Assembly (NCBI GenBank): GCA_040830765.1
Contig: JBFOMH010000006.1
Coordinates: 1 to 64,000 of the forward strand
Direction: 5' to 3'
DNA from: Puniceicoccaceae bacterium
Lineage (GTDB): Bacteria; Verrucomicrobiota; Verrucomicrobiia; Opitutales; Oceanipulchritudinaceae
Length of the DNA: 64,000 bases
Shown here: one piece after another, positions 46,570-59,800 of the stretch
Layout of the letters: each line of letters begins with the position of its first letter
Position numbering within the stretch: the first letter of the stretch is position 1
Position numbers and translations under genes: made by a program
The notes under the pieces: generated by a model
Seen by the model: only the letters and a program-made list of their open reading frames with translations
Database searches by the model: none
Told to the model about the DNA's origin: nothing

Positions 46570-47682
46570 ATGGCAGATACAAAGCACACGTTTACCGGAA
46601 TACTCTGCCTTGCGGGATGGCTCTGTCTGGCTGCGGTTCCTGACGCTGGAAAGATAATCACCGTTAAGGGGCCTGTTGAGCCGGAAGCCCTTGGCAGGGT
46701 GCTCAGTCACGAGCACGTGCTGGTCGACTTCGATGGGGCCGCGGTTGCTTTCCCTGGCCGTTACGACCGGGCTGAGGTGGTAGCCTTGGTGCTGCCATTT
46801 CTGGCTAACCTGCGTGAAAAAGGCTTTCGCTCGTTCGTTGAGTGCACGCCGGATGGCCTTGGACGGGATGTCCTGCTGCTGAGGGAACTGTCAGAAAAGT
46901 CAGGTCTGCATTTGTTAACCAACACCGGGTACTATCCTCTGCGAAAAGGGAAACACGTGCCAGAGCACGGACTGAGGGAAAGTGCCGGAGAATTGGCCGC
47001 ACGGTGGATCGCGGAAAGCCGCAACGGCATCAGGGGTACGAGTATCCGGCCAGGGTTCATCAAGATCGCGGTCAGCAACGCGCCACTTCCCGAGCTCGAC
47101 GAGAAAATCATCCGCGCAGCCGCCCGAACCCATCTGGAGACAGGACTGACCATCGCCATGCACACCGGTACGGGCAGGGAATCATCCGCCCGGGCTGAGG
47201 CCGGAATGAGGGCCCTGGAAATTCTCCGGGAGGAAGGTGTTTCCCCACGAGCGCTGATCTGGGTGCACGCGCAGGCTTCCGCTGGCAATTGGGATACCCT
47301 GCTGCAGGCGGCCGAACTTGGGGCCTGGATTTCCTTTGACGGCGCGAGTAACAACAATCGTGCCGAACAGCATGTGAAATGGTTGCTGGACATGGAATCG
47401 GCCGGCTACCTGAACCAGTTGCTCGTCTCCCATGACAATGGCTGGTACCGGGTAGGGGAAGAGAATTCACCGGAATCCTTCAAGCCGTACACCATCATTT
47501 CCGATGTGGTCATACCCAAACTCCTCCAGGCCGGATGGTCCATGGACCGCATCGACTGTCTTTTGGTCGAAAATCCCCGCCGGGCCTTCACCGTGTCGAT
47601 GAGGCGGGCCAAACCGGGCTCTGAGAGCATGGGTACCGTCCTGTTGGGTGCTTTCAAAATCCCTGCTGAATGCCTTTGGTAG
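46570..47682 (+). CDS. Phosphotriesterase-related amidohydrolase (PTE/lactonase family), possibly exported
   Basis: Metal ligands in 'SHEHVL', 'GFIKIA', 'MHTG', 'WVHA' and 'VSHD'; hydrophobic N-terminal stretch. Confidence 0.88.
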   Translation: MADTKHTFTGILCLAGWLCLAAVPDAGKIITVKGPVEPEALGRVLSHEHVLVDFDGAAVAFPGRYDRAEVVALVLPFLANLREKGFRSFVECTPDGLGRDVLLLRELSEKSGLHLLTNTGYYPLRKGKHVPEHGLRESAGELAARWIAESRNGIRGTSIRPGFIKIAVSNAPLPELDEKIIRAAARTHLETGLTIAMHTGTGRESSARAEAGMRALEILREEGVSPRALIWVHAQASAGNWDTLLQAAELGAWISFDGASNNNRAEQHVKWLLDMESAGYLNQLLVSHDNGWYRVGEENSPESFKPYTIISDVVIPKLLQAGWSMDRIDCLLVENPRRAFTVSMRRAKPGSESMGTVLLGAFKIPAECLW

Positions 47683-47823
47683 CAGAGAAATCGAGCATTT
47701 ACCCTAATAATGGCTATAAATTCCCTTGCTCGCACCCGGGTATTTCCTTATGCCTAATCTGACTTTGGTTCCTGCCCCTGTCTGGAATCAGCTCACCAGC
47801 TCATCGATTAATCCACCCATTAC

Positions 47824-50800
47824 ATGTCGCGGACACGGAATTCATTTGCCTTGGAGGTCCTCGAGCCGAGGTTGCTGCTCTCAGCGGATCCCATGGTCAA
47901 TGCCGTCCCGTCACATGAGGAGTCGATTATCGGCGACACCACCGCGGTGGCCCTGGTGGAATTCCAGCAGAGTCCGACTACCAGCAGCGAGGGAGAGAAT
48001 AGTCCGCAGGAGGAATCCGGCATTTTTGAGGTTTCTGACGCCCCGCTGGCGCCTGAGGTGGAATCCGTCGAGGCGGCTGACAATGCGGCTCCCAAGCAGG
48101 CGAATCTTTCACTGGCCACGGTTGAGGGGGTCTCATCTGACTTATCCCTCGAAGCAACGCAGAGTACCGTTACCTACAATCCCGCAGATAACCTTCTATT
48201 AACCCTGAAAGCGGGGCAGGGGCCACCCGGGGAAGCTGTCGCGAACACGAATAATCCCATTGCGACAGTCCCTCGGCCCGTGCTGGTTGTGCCGGGTATT
48301 GCCGGAACATTCGCCGCACCCGGAGCGGAAGAAACCTGGTATACTGAACGGGGAATCTCCCCGGACTTCCTCGAAATCGACCCGCTCGCGGGCTTTTACG
48401 ACGATATCCTGGCGACATTTGAAAATGCCGCCGGTTACAAGCTTGGGGAGACCCTCTTTGCCGCCACCTACGACTGGCGGATGGCACCCGGTCCAGCCCC
48501 TGAAAATGGCGAATATGACGGTATCGTCAGTGGCCTGACTGCCGCCTCGCTGACTGACGATGTCTACGAATTTTCGGTCGACTATCTCGGCTACTGGATG
48601 GAACGGGCGGTCAACAAGTGGACCGCTCTCTACGGGGAAGCCCCGGATGGGGTGGATCTCGTCACCCACAGCACGGGTGGACTGGTGGCCCGGACCTACA
48701 TCCAGAGCGATGCCTATGGACAGTCCAACGGGTCCATCGACCTGCCGATTGTCCAGAACCTGGTCATGGTCGGTGTCCCCAACCGTGGCGCACCAAAGGC
48801 ATGGAATCCACTCCAGAATGATTTCAGCGGGGATGTCTCCTTCCAGATTGTGCTTTCAAAGGTCATGCTCAAGGCCTACGAGCTGTACCAGGACGGGGCC
48901 GTGATAACGGGGGCGGACGGAGAAATCTCCCAGGCCGAGACCCCGGGCCTGACTCCGGAGGCTTTTATCAACCTTTACGTCCCGACCATCCGCGGACTGC
49001 TTTCGACTTATGATTTCCTCTACACCGAGGGAGCCGATACCCCCATCGACGCCAATGCGACGGAATTCGTCAACGAGTGGATCCTCGACCTCAACAATGG
49101 ACTCGATGAGGCCTTTACGCTGGACGAATTTGCGGCTTCTGATCCTGATGCGCGCAATCCGAACCTTTTTGCGGTCGGAGACCTAATCGCCCAGAAAATA
49201 ATCGTCGTCTACAGTACTGGTGAATTCACGCTGCCGCAGACCTTCTCGGGCGAGGCGCCGGATCCCCTGGAGACGATAACGACCGTCCGGACCTTCACCG
49301 GCATCCAGGACCCCGGTGACCTGGTGACCAATTTTGATGAGTTTTACGGACACCAACCGGAACAGGGGGAGACCTGGCACCGATGGCTGACGACTCCTGT
49401 ATCCGGGGATGGGACCGTGCCCACGCAGTCCAGTTACGACCAGTTTGATCGCGACCCCAACCGTGAACGCTTCACCTTTCTCCACATTACCGAGCCCCTC
49501 TTGGATGCCGACAATGCCATCATTGCTGAATCAATCGGCCACACCGGGCTGATGGCTAACCGGCAGTTCCAGATCGGACTCCTCGACAACCTGGACCTGC
49601 TGAGTGGGTACGATCCGACAAAAATCTCCACAACCCTGGCCAATCCCATTTACGAAACCTTGTTCAAGGTCATCGGTCTGCAGATTCTCGATCCCATTGA
49701 GTTGTTTGAACAGGCGGACTGGACGGAGATTACGGAGTTCGCGATTAACCAGGGAATCCGCTTGGGTCTCAATGAAGTAAGCCAGTGGCTGGGCAATATC
49801 GACAAGCTGGTCGTCGAGGATGCGGAGGACGCGGGATTCATCACATCTGAGATTAATCCCCTGATGTGGCCGGTGCCGCTGACGGACCGTTCCATCGGGG
49901 AACTGCTGAGTCTGCGCACCTTCTTCAATGACTTTATTGCCTTTCCGCTGATCGACTACATGGAGAACACCCCTGGTGGAGGGACTGAGGGCCTGGTCAA
50001 TGAAATCAAGAAACTCGGTGACCAGATACCCGACACCATCACCGATGGCGCGACCTACACTTTCGAAATCCTTGGCAATGTAGCCAAGGGCGGGATCCTG
50101 CTGTTACAGGATCCGCGCGTGCAGGAGCTGCTGGCCCTCGATGCCGAAGATGTAGACCAGCTCAATGAGGCCGTTTTCTATGTCCCGTTCAAGTACAGCC
50201 GCACCAGCCTGGCTCCGCTCAACCTGGGGGCATTTGCCGCATTGCAGGGTTACCAGATAGAGCAGGGTGCCGGCATTGAGTTCACCGCCACGATGGAAGG
50301 GACAATTGTCTTTGGCTATGACATGCGGGAGGGAGTCGCCGATGAGGACCGCTTCTTTATCCGCTTCAATGAGCTCGACGTGGGGGCGCAAGCCGCAGCG
50401 ACCAACCTCAACTTATCGATGAATGTCGGCGTCCTTGAGGCCGCGATCAATAATGGCTCCGTCAGTGGCGAGGCAGGTATCCGGTTTGGCTTCAATCCAA
50501 CCGCCCGTAGTGAACGGGGCAATATCACCCAAAGCCAGTTGGCCGCAAATAGCGGGAAGTGGGATGGCTTCATGTCCCTCAATCCAGCCTCCGGGCCCTA
50601 CGGGGATTTAGATGTCAACCTGCCGCTCACGGTCAGCTATCCGGGCCTGACGGATGTCCTGGCCCCTGTGTTGACGATCACGGGGAATGATTTCTTCAAC
50701 AAGGCTCCGGAGGTCGGGACCAGTGGCTTTGGAAACCTGATCGATTTTTCCTACCTGTCGCCGGCCAATTTCGAGGACGCCCTGCTTGGAATGACTGAGC

Positions 50801-53800
50801 TGCTGGACAGCATGGGGTCAACTCCCGCCATGCAGGAGAACCTTCCCTTTGCCGCGGATTTGCCGCTTTATTCCGTTCTCGATCTGGGGAATGTCCTCAA
50901 TACGTCCATCGTCGATAGCCTGAGAACAGAGGACGGCGTGCTGACTTATTCCAACCTGCAGGATTTTATTAATCTAGCCGATAGCACGACAAGCACATCC
51001 AGCAATAGTGGCATAACCGCTTTTGGTATTCAGCCACTGAATACACATTCAGTTGGAGGAACCTACGATCAGGCCAACCATTCACTGACATTCAGTTTTG
51101 AATACGGTTTCCAGAGCGATTTCCAGGACCAGGAATTTTCGTTTGATTATGATCTGGAACCCCTGGAAATTTTCATCAGCGGAGGTGCATTCTCGATTGA
51201 TACGACCGGTGTCCTTGGCTTTGACCTGGTTCTTGATCTGTCACCTCCGGTCGCCTCGGTTAAAGCAAGCGAAGCCCTGCCGGCCGATGGAGTGCTGGCG
51301 GAGGCGGCTGCCGTCGAAGTCCTCCTCAACGGCGGAATTATCACTAATGGGGAGACGGTCGTCCTGAACGTTGATCCCGACCCTACCAATCAGACCGCTG
51401 CGGATCTTGTCGCGGACGTGAACGAGGCCATCGCGGCAACCTATCTGAACGGTGTCATCCATGCCCGCCTTGATGGGGGCAATCTGGTTATTGAAACCAT
51501 TGTCACTGGACCGGACCTTTCGCTGTACATCTTTGAAGGGGAGGGGCTGGGCTTTGCCCCGGCTGATGTCGCAACGGTCCAGGCCGTCGACTTTACGCAG
51601 GCGGCAAACATCTCGGTTGACTTCAGTGCCCAGCTTTTTGCCTCACACTTTGCCGCGGGGGCCAGAATCGGATACGCCGGCGTCTTCATCAACAATGGCT
51701 CCGCCAGCCTTGACCTAGGCTTTTCCCTGGAATTGACCCCCGGGGGACCTGTCCGCATCGGTGATGCCCTGATCGACCTATTCCTCGATCCACAAGCCTT
51801 CTCCCCGGTGGTTGGCCTGACGGCTTCCGGATCGATTCTCCTTGAAGAGATATCGGTCGATGCCGGGAGCGGTGTGGGTAGTCCGGCACCGGGAGCATCC
51901 ATTGAAATCAGCCTTGCTGCCGGTGCGGTCTTCCCGCTTTCCCCAACAGACCCGAGCCAGTTTGAGATTACCTTTAACGGCGACTTCTCGGAAGTCTTGA
52001 AGTTGGAGTCGCTTGACTACGAAACAATGGTCCAATTGCTCCGGGATGGACTCGGAGTCTTGGAGGATATCGTCCAGTTTGACTTCCTCAATGCGGAAAT
52101 CCCGTTCCTTGGCGGCAGCGTGAACGATGTCCTGAGCCTGGTCGATGTGTTCCTGATGATCATTGCTGATCTCGAGGCAAGTGCACCCCCCACTATCCAG
52201 GCCTTTGTTGTCCAGCTGAACGGACTTTTGCAGGATTTGCTGGATGCCGCCTTCCCGGGGCAGGGTCTCCAGGCTTCCGTTTCCCTGGAGTTCGGAAACG
52301 ACGACATCCTCCGCCTGGACTTCTCCTATCTTGCCGGGACTACCGTGTCCCGCCGCTTTGAACTGGATCCAGGCGATGCGATTCCCGGCTTGCAAAAGAT
52401 AGTGGATATCGAAGGCAGCTCCATGCTGGAAATCAGCATCATGGCATGGATTCAGTTCGCGATGGGCATCGACCTCTCGAATTCCACATCGCCCGCTCTC
52501 CTTTTATTCGATGGGACGGATGCTGTTTTCGAGCTCTTCCTGGCCGCCGAGGCACTAAACTTCACCGCAGCTGCTCCATTGGGCTTCTGTATTAAGAATG
52601 GCTCAGTGTATATCGACGACGGCACCCCTGAACAGGGGCCTGCACGGGCACAGCTGGCTTTCACGCCCTCCGGAACGGACCGTATGGTCGCCTCGACGGT
52701 TACCCTGGGCGACTTTTCAACCAGTGTTATTGGCGAAGCAAGGGCCACCTTACCCGTCTGCTTCCCCATTGGTGGCGACACGGTCGGTGACATCACATTT
52801 GGTCTGGATTTCACGGACCTGCTCAATCCTTCCTTCGACGGTCCGGATTTTGTCAGCCTCTTTTCCGGAGCGGACCTGCTGGACATGCTGGGGGATGGAT
52901 TGGATCTCCTCCTCAGAAGCTTCAATGATATCGCGACCGGCGATATCCTCGGCTTTGAAATTCCGTTTTTCGGCGACCAGCTGAAGGAGGTAGTCTCGTT
53001 CATAATTGACCTGCAGGCTGCCTTGGAGGCTGCGTTCGATGCGGCGGTGGATCTCACCACTGATTCCATTGACGACTTGCTCTTCTCGGTCGTCGGCCCC
53101 GGTGGTTTGAACTTCCTGCTCCCGTCCGGCACATTGGGGCTTCCCGACATTGGCACATCATCCGGCGGGTTAGGGGACATCGATGTTCAAGTGACCGAAA
53201 TTGATGGCGCTATCGATGATATCCGGATCAGTTTGCAACTCGGGCAATTCATTGAAGTCCTGTCCAAGGCGATTGATTTTGATGATGGCCTTCCGGGATT
53301 GGAGCTCAATCTGGACGTTGGCTTGGTGGTCGAGCTGGCCTGGAAGTGGAATCTGGTCTTTGGGGTCAATCGATCCAGTGGTTTCTATTTTGATCCTGAC
53401 ATTGTGGATGAGCTTCAGATCCATGTGAACGCGACCCTTCCCGACACGGACATTGGCGGTTCATTGGGTTTCCTGACCTTGCGTGTGTACGAAGGGACAC
53501 AGAATCCCAATGATACAGGATTGTCCCTTGCTATCGTTGTCGATTTGCTGAATCCGGGCTCCACCTCCGGCGGATTGCTGACGCTGGGCAATCTACTGGG
53601 AAGCTCCCCCGGCAACAGCTTCGATGTCCGCTTGAACGGGAATGCCCTCATGGATCTGATCCTCGTGGCTGGATTTGCCGGTGGCTCGGGCGAAGTCTTT
53701 GACGCCTTGCCAACCTTTGAGGTGGATTTCCTTCTCGACTGGGACTTTGTCGATGCCTCAACAAGTGGGGGCGTCATTGGCAATCTGCCCAACATCCAAT

Positions 53801-56800
53801 TCAGCGACATTCGCCTGGATGTGGGGACATTCTTTGCCGACTTCCTCCGGCCGATTATTCTTCAGATTGAAGCCTACCTTGAGCCCTTGCGTGACATACT
53901 GAATTGGCTCGATGCGGATATCGAAGCCCTGAACTGGCGTTACCTGGGCCGATATTTGGACCAGAATAAGGATGGTGATGTCACCCTGTTGGACCTGGCC
54001 GCCTTGTTCGGACTTTTCGACCAGCGAAGCATCGATTTCCTGAATACCCTCGCAACCATAGACGGCTTGCTCGGGGCATTTAGCATTGGGGCCTTCCCGG
54101 ACAGGGGAGATGGAACCCCCGGCAGCGGGATCAAGATAAGTCTCGGGGGCTACGACTTTGGTGGCAGCGACCTGCGTACAGGCAGCTTCAATTTCGATCC
54201 CGTCAATGGATTCCGCCTTCCGGATATCAGCATTGATGATGCTTTCGCCGGGCTGGGTGGAAATGCTGGTGACTATTATTCGGAAACCCAGGTCAGCTAT
54301 TCCCTCGGGGAAGGGAAATTCAATTTTGAACTCTTCAATCCGGAAAACCTGATTAATCTTCTAATGGGGAATCCGGTCGAGTTCTTCACTTACAAGATGC
54401 CGGAGTTCTCCTTCAGCTTTGTTGAAAAGTATTCGGTCCCGATTTGGCGCTTCCCCAGTATCGATGTCGGTGTGAGTTTCTTCGCCTTTTTCCGCTCACA
54501 ACTGAGTTTCGGCTACGACAGTTCAGGCGTTGATCTCTTCCAGTCCAGTGGGGAGGTTAACGATCTCTTTGGCGGATTCTACATAGAGGTCGGGGAGCTC
54601 GTTCCACCCCAACTACTACTCTCAGGCGGCATCGGTGGCTTTGCCTCCATCTCCCTCGAGGATCCCATCTTTGATATAGGAGTTGAGGCCGGCCTGGAAT
54701 TGAAAGTGGAACTGGTCGCCTCTTTCAACCTCGTCGATCCCGGGAATGGAAAACTCTATTTCTGGCAAATAGCCGATCTCGTAGAGGAGAGGGGACTGTT
54801 GAAGGCTATCGATTGCATCTACACCATCGATGGTGGCATCTATGCGGAATTGTCGTTCTACATCGACTACGAGATAGACACATGGAGAAAGACCTTGCTC
54901 AGGGCTGCGTTGGTCGAGTTTGGGGGTGAATCCGAGAATTGCTTCAGTCCGTTGATTGGAGACCGGTTGGAAACCCCGGTTGAAGGCTTCCAGAGCAATA
55001 ATACGGTACTCTTTGCCGCCGACATCGGGGTGGCCCCGGGAATTCACCTGAGGGGAGCCAGCATTAGCCGGCCGGGGGATATCGATGTCTACAAGTTTGA
55101 ATTGCTGGATGCGGACAGTATTGAAATCAAACTCTTCGGGACCCCTGAAGATCCCGCCAGTGCCCGAAACATGGAACTGAGTCTTCTCAACGGAAACGGC
55201 CAACTGATGGCGATGACTTCAGTCGGCTCCAACACCAAGACAGTGAGAGGACCAAATGTCCTGCCGGCGGGAACCTATTTTGTCAGGATTGCCTCCACCG
55301 ACAGGACCCAAGGTGCCTACTCGCTGGATATCGACCCGGCCACTAGCAGCAGCACCCGTGTCTTTTATGTGAACGGTCCCTATTTCGAGGATCAGGAGCT
55401 TCCCCACGCTTTCTATTCCCTTGCCGGAGGCAATGACAGCCATCCCCAGGCAGGTCTCTCCCCCGAGCATCCGGCACTGACCCTGGACCGGGTTCTCCAG
55501 TACGGGCTGACGCCCGATGATCTGGTCCTGTTTGACACCGGAACCTACACGGAAGCTATTCAGCTCACTGGCGACCACGCGGGGTTCACTTTTGCTGGCG
55601 CACCCTCGACCCCCTACAGGGAGTTCGATGAGAGTTTTAACTTTGGCAGCACCCTTGAGGGTGCTCCATCCGGGACGCGCCTCTCCGTTGATGGAGCGGA
55701 TAACCTTACGGTGGCCAAGTTTGTCTTTTCTGAAAACCAGACCGGACTGGCGATATCCAACACGACGGCCTTCCGTGGTGTTGATTTGAACTTCCGCTCC
55801 AACGGAACGGCCATGGTGGTGTCGGCTTCTCCTGATATGACGCTGGACGGGGTGTCGGTCGCCGGCGGCGTGGACCGTGCTCAGGGATCGGGCCTGGTAA
55901 TCAACCAATCGGGTAACTTCAAGCTGACCAACGCCACGTTCTCCCTTGTTGAGTCCGGTATATCCTTATCCAACGTCAACACCGCCTTGATAGAGAATGT
56001 CAATTCGACCCGGGCTGACACCTTCATTACGGCAGAAGATGGATTGGACCTGACGCTTCGAAACGCACTCCTTGAGGGTGGGGAATTGGAAACTTTCCTT
56101 GGAAGGACCTATTACACCGCCGTCAGGAGCAACACCGCTATCGACATCGACAACTACACAATCGTGGCGATTAACAACGTGGATGCCAACCGCTACCTGA
56201 CGGGTGCCCTTGTGCGGAACGCTTCCAATGTCAGCATACAATCCTTTGATACCACTGATGTGGGGACCGGATTCCGGGGTTACAGTCTCAGCACGATGAC
56301 AATCGAGTCCTCCGACTTGCGGGGAACGGAGAACGGACTCCGCATACAGGGCCCCAGCATTATTCCGGCACCCAGCACAAACATTACCCTGCAGGGAGTC
56401 GTTGTTGGTCCATTGACTACGGGACCCTTCGACTCAATGGACTATGGTGCGGATGCTTACATTTCCGAAGTCACGGACTTGGAAATTCTGTCCAGCACTT
56501 TCTACCAAGGTGCGTTGAAGGTTGTCGGCTCGACAGATATCACGATGGCCAACTCACAGGTGATTGAGGGAACGACGGAGTTCATCAACAACACCACGCT
56601 GAACATCAGCAACTCAAGCTTTACGGCGATGGAAGGGAGTAACGCCTTCCTTCTTGGTGTCCGGGATTCTGACGGAACAAATTCCATCACCGGCATTGTC
56701 ATGGAGGGACCCGGGAAGGGCCTCAATATCGAGCAGTCCCAGAATTTTGCCATCACGGGCAGTACCTTTGAGGATATGGAAACGGCGATCCGTATTGCCG

Positions 56801-59800
56801 GCGACTCGACGACCCAGTCCTCCGGGATTACCATTGAAGGCAATACCTTCTCCCGGGGAGAGGATGGCATTGTCGTGGCCAATGCACAGGTTTCCGGAAT
56901 CGCGATTACGGATAATACGCTTTCGGATTTCGGAGGTGTGGGGATTGATGTCCAGGGCAGCGCCGAACTACGGGACAACCGGGTCCAGCGGTCCAACATT
57001 GGCATACGGTTTGACTCAGGGACGCCTGGCATGTGGGGGAACTCCGTCTGGGATAGCATCGTCGGCATCTTCGGATCCGGCTACCTCGGAAACGATGATT
57101 ATACAGCGAGCAGTTTCAACCGGGTCTACAACAATGGAACCGGTATCTACGCCCAGGACGGGGCTGTGGTGGCCTTTAACAAGGTCCACAATAACGATGC
57201 CGGAATCGTCGTCCTGGGGGATGTGGATGTCCACCACAACCTGGTTTATGACAGTGTGAATGTGGATGTCCAGTTGGGGCTCTCGGATGGTGCAGCGCTC
57301 TGGAATAACACCATTCACTCGACCGGCACCGCCGCTCTTCAGTTAACCTTGGTCACGACCAACACGGACCTGCGTAACAATATCGTCTGGAGCGAGGGCG
57401 GGACGACCTTGTTTATCGATGCCACCAGCGGGGATGGCCTGACCAGCGACTACAACAACTTCTATGTCTCAGGTGGTGGCGTTCTCATCGACTGGAAAAA
57501 GACCATCGACGACTTGTACGACTGGCAGGTCGAGACCGGTCAGGACCTGCATTCCATCGGAACGACCCAACTGGAACCAATGCAGGACAAGCCGAACTTT
57601 GTCGCAGGGGACAGCAACCGGCATGTCGAGGATTTGGTTTCAACGACTATCAATGCCGGGGATCCATCTTTCGCCTTCGATAACGAGCCCGGGCCTTCCG
57701 GTGGCCCCAACGGGCTGCGCATTAACCAAGGCGTTTATGGCAATACGACTCAGGCCGCCCTTTCCCCGGCCTCCTATATTCGGGTCCTCTCGCCGAACTA
57801 TTACACGGATTACACCTTGGCCGACGCCCGGCGGATTTCTTGGGAGTCCTTTAATGTGACCGGAAATGTTGTTGTCGAATTGTTCCGGGACGGGGTCGGC
57901 AAGCTGGAGGACCTTGCGACCGTTGATGTCGAGAATCTCCCTCCGCAGGTGCTTGAACAGCCGGACAGCGAAGGCTCGATCATATGGAGTCCACAGTCCA
58001 GCGGTCTGACTGGGAACATCGATGACCGCTACTTCATCAATGTTGTTTCCAGCGATGACAGCAATCTGGTGGACCGTTCCCGTGAAGTATTCTCGGTTCC
58101 TGCAGACTCGACCGAATTCTTTGTCAACAATGACTCGCAGGACGGTGATTTGCTTACCTCCGCCATTGGAAATAACCGCAACACCGGAACCTCGGCCGGC
58201 GATCCCAAGGCGATCGTCTTCGGCATCCTTGACAACTACTCACTCAGTTCAGGGGATACCGTTTCAGTTGATACGGGAGCCTACATACATCTGCGGGATG
58301 TTCTTATCAGCTCGGCAGCTGAAAACGGTAACAATGAAGCCTTTGTCCTGACCGGACCATCCGATACTACGGATCAGGTTATCTTTGACCGAGCCAGTAC
58401 GCGCGCGGAAACACACAGCATCCTGCTTGACGATGCCTCATTCGTCACCATTTCCAACCTCACCCTGGAAAACGGGAATGTCGGCGTTGAGGCAACCAAT
58501 GGAAGTACTTTCCTCACTGTGGACAACGTGGAGATACGCGAGCATGCGGGCACCCAGATCTTCATTCATAGCGGATCCGACCGGGCAACGCTCAACGACT
58601 TGTACATTCATCACGGGGAGTCACATGGAATCGTTGTGGATGCCGTTTTGGAGATCATTTCAAACACATCAGTGCAGTTTAATGCAGGCTGGGGTATTCG
58701 CTTGAATGACAGTGGAAACGGGAAAGTTGAAAACAGCGCCATTTCCGGCAATTCCGGTGGGGGCATTTTCGTGGATAACGATGTTACTGACACTGTGACA
58801 ACCATTGGATTTGAGGACCTGAGCCAGGACCGTGGAAACATCATCAGCGATAACGGAGGCAACCAGGTCGATTCCCGTTCAAATGCAGCTGTGATTGGTA
58901 ATGCCATTTTTCATAGCTTCGGCTCTGCTCTGGAAGGGACGGGTACAGGCATCCACATGCTGGAAGGGGAGGCGCGCTATAATGTCATCTACGGCCACGC
59001 TTCAGGCATCGTCTCCACATACGAATTCAATTCCGGCAACTCGGTCGGTTCGTTGATCGAGTATAACCGGATATTCAAGAATACTGTCGAGGGCATTCGC
59101 TTGAATACTTCCTTCGGTGATGTCGTGACCGGCAACGTCATTTACTCCACCCCAACCGGCATTTACATGTCTAATAGTTCCAGCTTCGCCGGAGCTACCA
59201 CTTTCACCAACAATCTGATCTATAAGACAGAAGATATTGGAATCTACCTTAACCGTGCAGACGGATTTGCGTTCACCAATAACACCATATACGCCCTGAG
59301 TGGTGATGCCTTGGTCGCCCGTTATTCCCCTAATGGGGATATCCGGAACAATATCTTTTACGTCAACTCAGGCCCGGCCATTGATCTGGATGTCCCCAGC
59401 GAGGAGGGGATCAGCAGTGACTACAATATCTTCCAGCTGACTGATTTTGGGACCATCGGGTTGTGGGCCGGAGGCAGTCGTGGCAACCTGACCGAATGGC
59501 AGAATGTCTCCTTCCTTGACCAGAACAGCCTCGAAACGGATCCCCTGTTTGTTGATCCCGACGGGGATGATGATATGCTTGGCTATGGCAACCTTGTCCA
59601 GGATGGCCGGGACGACAACTTCCACCTGCAGAGTACCGAGGGAAGTATTCGGAATGGTTCGCTGGCCCCGGTGCAAGACTTGGGAACCGGCCGGGTCAGG
59701 TGGGAAGTTAGTGGCACTGAGGTCGATGCAGCTCTTTCCCCGGGTATTGACCGGGGTGACAGTTCCTTTGCTTTCGACCAGGAACCCAGCCCGAATGGAA

